This document shows, piece by piece, positions 62,601 to 64,000 of a stretch of 64,000 nt of DNA (positions are counted from its first letter, which is position 1; each line of letters opens with the position of its first letter). Source of the DNA: Orbicella franksi (Eukaryota); contig OZ116704.1 of the NCBI GenBank assembly GCA_964199315.1, forward strand, positions 31,310,001 through 31,374,000, written 5' to 3'. The notes under the pieces are model-generated. The model saw nothing but the letters and a program-made list of their open reading frames with translations. It had not been told where the DNA came from and made no database searches. A program made the translations under genes and the position numbers.

Positions 62601-62915
62601 CAGGCTATTGTGTTTATTATCCTTCAAATATTTTTGTTAACATGCGCAGTTTTGAAAATTGGGGAACATCACTCGGATATTCCCCAAGCTGGGGGATATT
62701 CAGTCTCGTGACCCGTTTAGACCAATCGCGCCCGAGCGAAAATATATGATGGATTATAAATGTCAATATATTTTAATTATGTCATGTGCCTTAACCCTAA
62801 GCAGATTGACAAGACTAACAAGGCATTACTAGATTTACGAGCCAGGTGTGGTAGATATCGAGTTAAATTACAAGAGGCAAAGAGCAATCCCGAAACTCAC
62901 TCTGTGAAGGGCCAG
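56692..62915 (+). CDS. TPR protein with a TTC4-like N-terminal TPR module (5' partial; continues beyond the window)
   Basis: Exons 56692-56755, 57477-57551, 59021-59068, 60417-60494, 60744-60811 and 62805-62915, phases compatible. FSNRATAYYRLGNYREALNDATAAVKLEQTSIKAIKTGASACEHLHCYGDAISWCEKGLAIDKTNKALLDLR aligns with recalled TTC4 TPR2-3 (YTNRAAAQYYLGNFRSALND..WCDEGLQIDAKEKKLLEMR). Confidence 0.8.
57191..57426. mobile_element. MITE of the CCAAT-rich family (related to 12221-12426)
   Basis: AACCAATCAAAACTTGAAACACATGCAG...GCGCAGGAAAACGTGTGCGAGC...TTTTTTAAGCCAATCGTGTAG...GACACTCAAGTGAAAACCGCTCTA. Confidence 0.6.
57787..58093 (-). mobile_element. Full-length tRNA-derived SINE with a perfect 12-bp target-site duplication
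   Basis: Minus-strand head GGGAGGCGTGGTGGCCTCATGGTTAGTGCG (A box)...GGTTCGAGCC (B box), and a 3' (ACCT)n tail. GATTAAGCATTA is duplicated at 57775-57786 and 58094-58105. Confidence 0.9.
58160..58841 (-). mobile_element. 5'-truncated RTE-clade non-LTR retrotransposon relic (RT C-terminal part)
   Basis: QWTLTTQLHDLDYAHD (decayed YADD), GLRISKEKTEVM, FTYLGSVV, DINSRIGKAR, frameshift near 58500, KLRIFTTNVKSVLLHGSETW, CLRRILKIYWPEKISN, RRKWNWIGHTSRK, LEWNPQG. Confidence 0.85.
60812..62804 (+). other. U12-type (minor spliceosome) GT-AG intron
   Basis: 5' splice site GTATCCTTT (60812-20); branch point CCTTAAC (62789-95) ending 9 nt before the end of the CAG acceptor, with no polypyrimidine tract. 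Splicing gives in-frame GLA|IDKTNK. Confidence 0.9.
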
Positions 62916-63076
62916 GTAAGTAATGCTAGAGGAAAATATATTATAGGCTTCAAAGGGGAGATTAGATAATGCCGGACTTAATAAATGTTAAAAGTAAGGG
63001 TTTTTTTAAAACTTACATACTTTTACTTCTTTGTCTTATATTTATACTTATGCAAAAATTTTTATCTTCACTTTTA

Positions 63077-63113
63077 AGCTTGATAAGGACCGAAGTTCGG
63101 TCGAAACGTCGCG
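63077..63113 (+). ncRNA. Minimal hammerhead ribozyme motif of Penelope-like-element type
   Basis: AGC-TTGATAA-G-GACCGAAGTTCGGTC-GAAA-CGTC-GC: core U3-U4-G5-A6-U7-A8-A9, a perfectly paired stem II, GAAA, palindromic ACGT stem III and a GUC triplet. Stem I is only about 2 bp. Confidence 0.6.
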
Positions 63114-64000
63114 CTCTTTTACCGGTAGTTTTCACTTCAAATTAATATCTGTTGTTCAAAAAACCTCTTGTGTGAAGACACGCGGTGACAGAAGAGCTAG
63201 CAGGAGTTGTTAACGTAACCAGTGACTCGAGCAAAGATACTTTACATTTTGAGAATTGAAATAAGACGAAATAGTAAAAATTATCTTTGTGTTTCTATCC
63301 GGTTTCTCTATAAATATAGAAGTATTCTATCACTAATGCTGTTCTCTTATTCACTAAGCTGCTTAATATCTATTCTATTATAGAGTGCGAATACTCTTGC
63401 AACCTGTGGTTGCTAACAAAATGGCGGCCGCTTCGTTACGTTTTCGGAGTCTTTGTGAAGAGAACTTAGCTAATTATCCATTCTGCGATACGTGCGTGCT
63501 CATCTTTACGTCAATTTGCAAGTGAGAAGATGTATGAAGATGTATGAAGATCTTTTGCAACACTCCGCTCCGCATCCCGTTTTCACTTCTCTTCTCTCGC
63601 TGTTTGGAAATGCGATAAGGCATATTTGCTATTTGATTTTAAAATTAAGACCACCCCTCTCCCCCCCCCCCTTATTTCAATGATGGAAAAATGGTGCGCT
63701 TCGGGCCTAGCCCCAGTTCATCCTTGATTTGGGTGGGGGGGGGGGGTTGTCTTTCGGGGGCGAGGGGTGGCTTCATCTCTTATTTTATTTTGTCCAAAAT
63801 TGTACATTGTTGCCTGCCGTTTCTTGACTATTTTCTCTTGTAACGAGTACATATATATCATTTTACCTTGTGTTTACTATTTACATCTTTTTTACTTTTT
63901 TTGTAATTGAAACATTAGACTTCAAAGAAAACCATCGCAATCCAAGGGCAAAATTAATACACTTTGATTTTTTTTGATTTATTTTATTATGTCTGCTAAC

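Noticed and set aside
63420-63490. ATGGCGGCCGCTTCGTTACGTTTTCGGAGTCTTTGTGAAGAG (MAAASLRFRSLCEE), reminiscent of Crypton/DUF3504 N-termini
   Set aside because: Too short, with no recombinase domain following. Probably a repeat end.

Overview
AT-rich, intron-rich eukaryotic animal DNA. It is most likely a stony coral or related anthozoan; this is inferred from gene content and interspersed-repeat style. Six spliced protein-coding genes were reconstructed by hand using GT-AG junctions, with reading-frame phase checked across all exons: CFAP126/Flattop (-, 3 exons); an SLC37A1/2-type sugar-phosphate exchanger (+, 23 coding exons); a ~397-aa ankyrin-repeat protein starting MGTAAS (-, 4 exons); CDC20/fizzy (+, 7 coding exons); a Repo-like Q50 paired-class homeobox gene with an octapeptide and an OAR motif (+, 3 exons); and the 5' part of a TTC4-like TPR gene (+, runs off the window). 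The first four genes form two tight head-to-head pairs. One shared promoter has a perfect RFX X-box; the other has an E2F/CCAAT/CDE-CHR layout. Other highlights: a U12-type (minor spliceosome) intron in the TPR gene, a Penelope-type hammerhead ribozyme motif with a U3-A8 compensatory core, a VR rather than IR tail on CDC20, a 19-bp minisatellite with a 13-unit higher-order repeat next to a ~1.1-kb triplication, and many SINE, LINE and MITE relics. Most ORF-track entries are spurious or partial exons. No confident gene was found in 1-5.7 kb, 35.5-42.6 kb or 47-56 kb.
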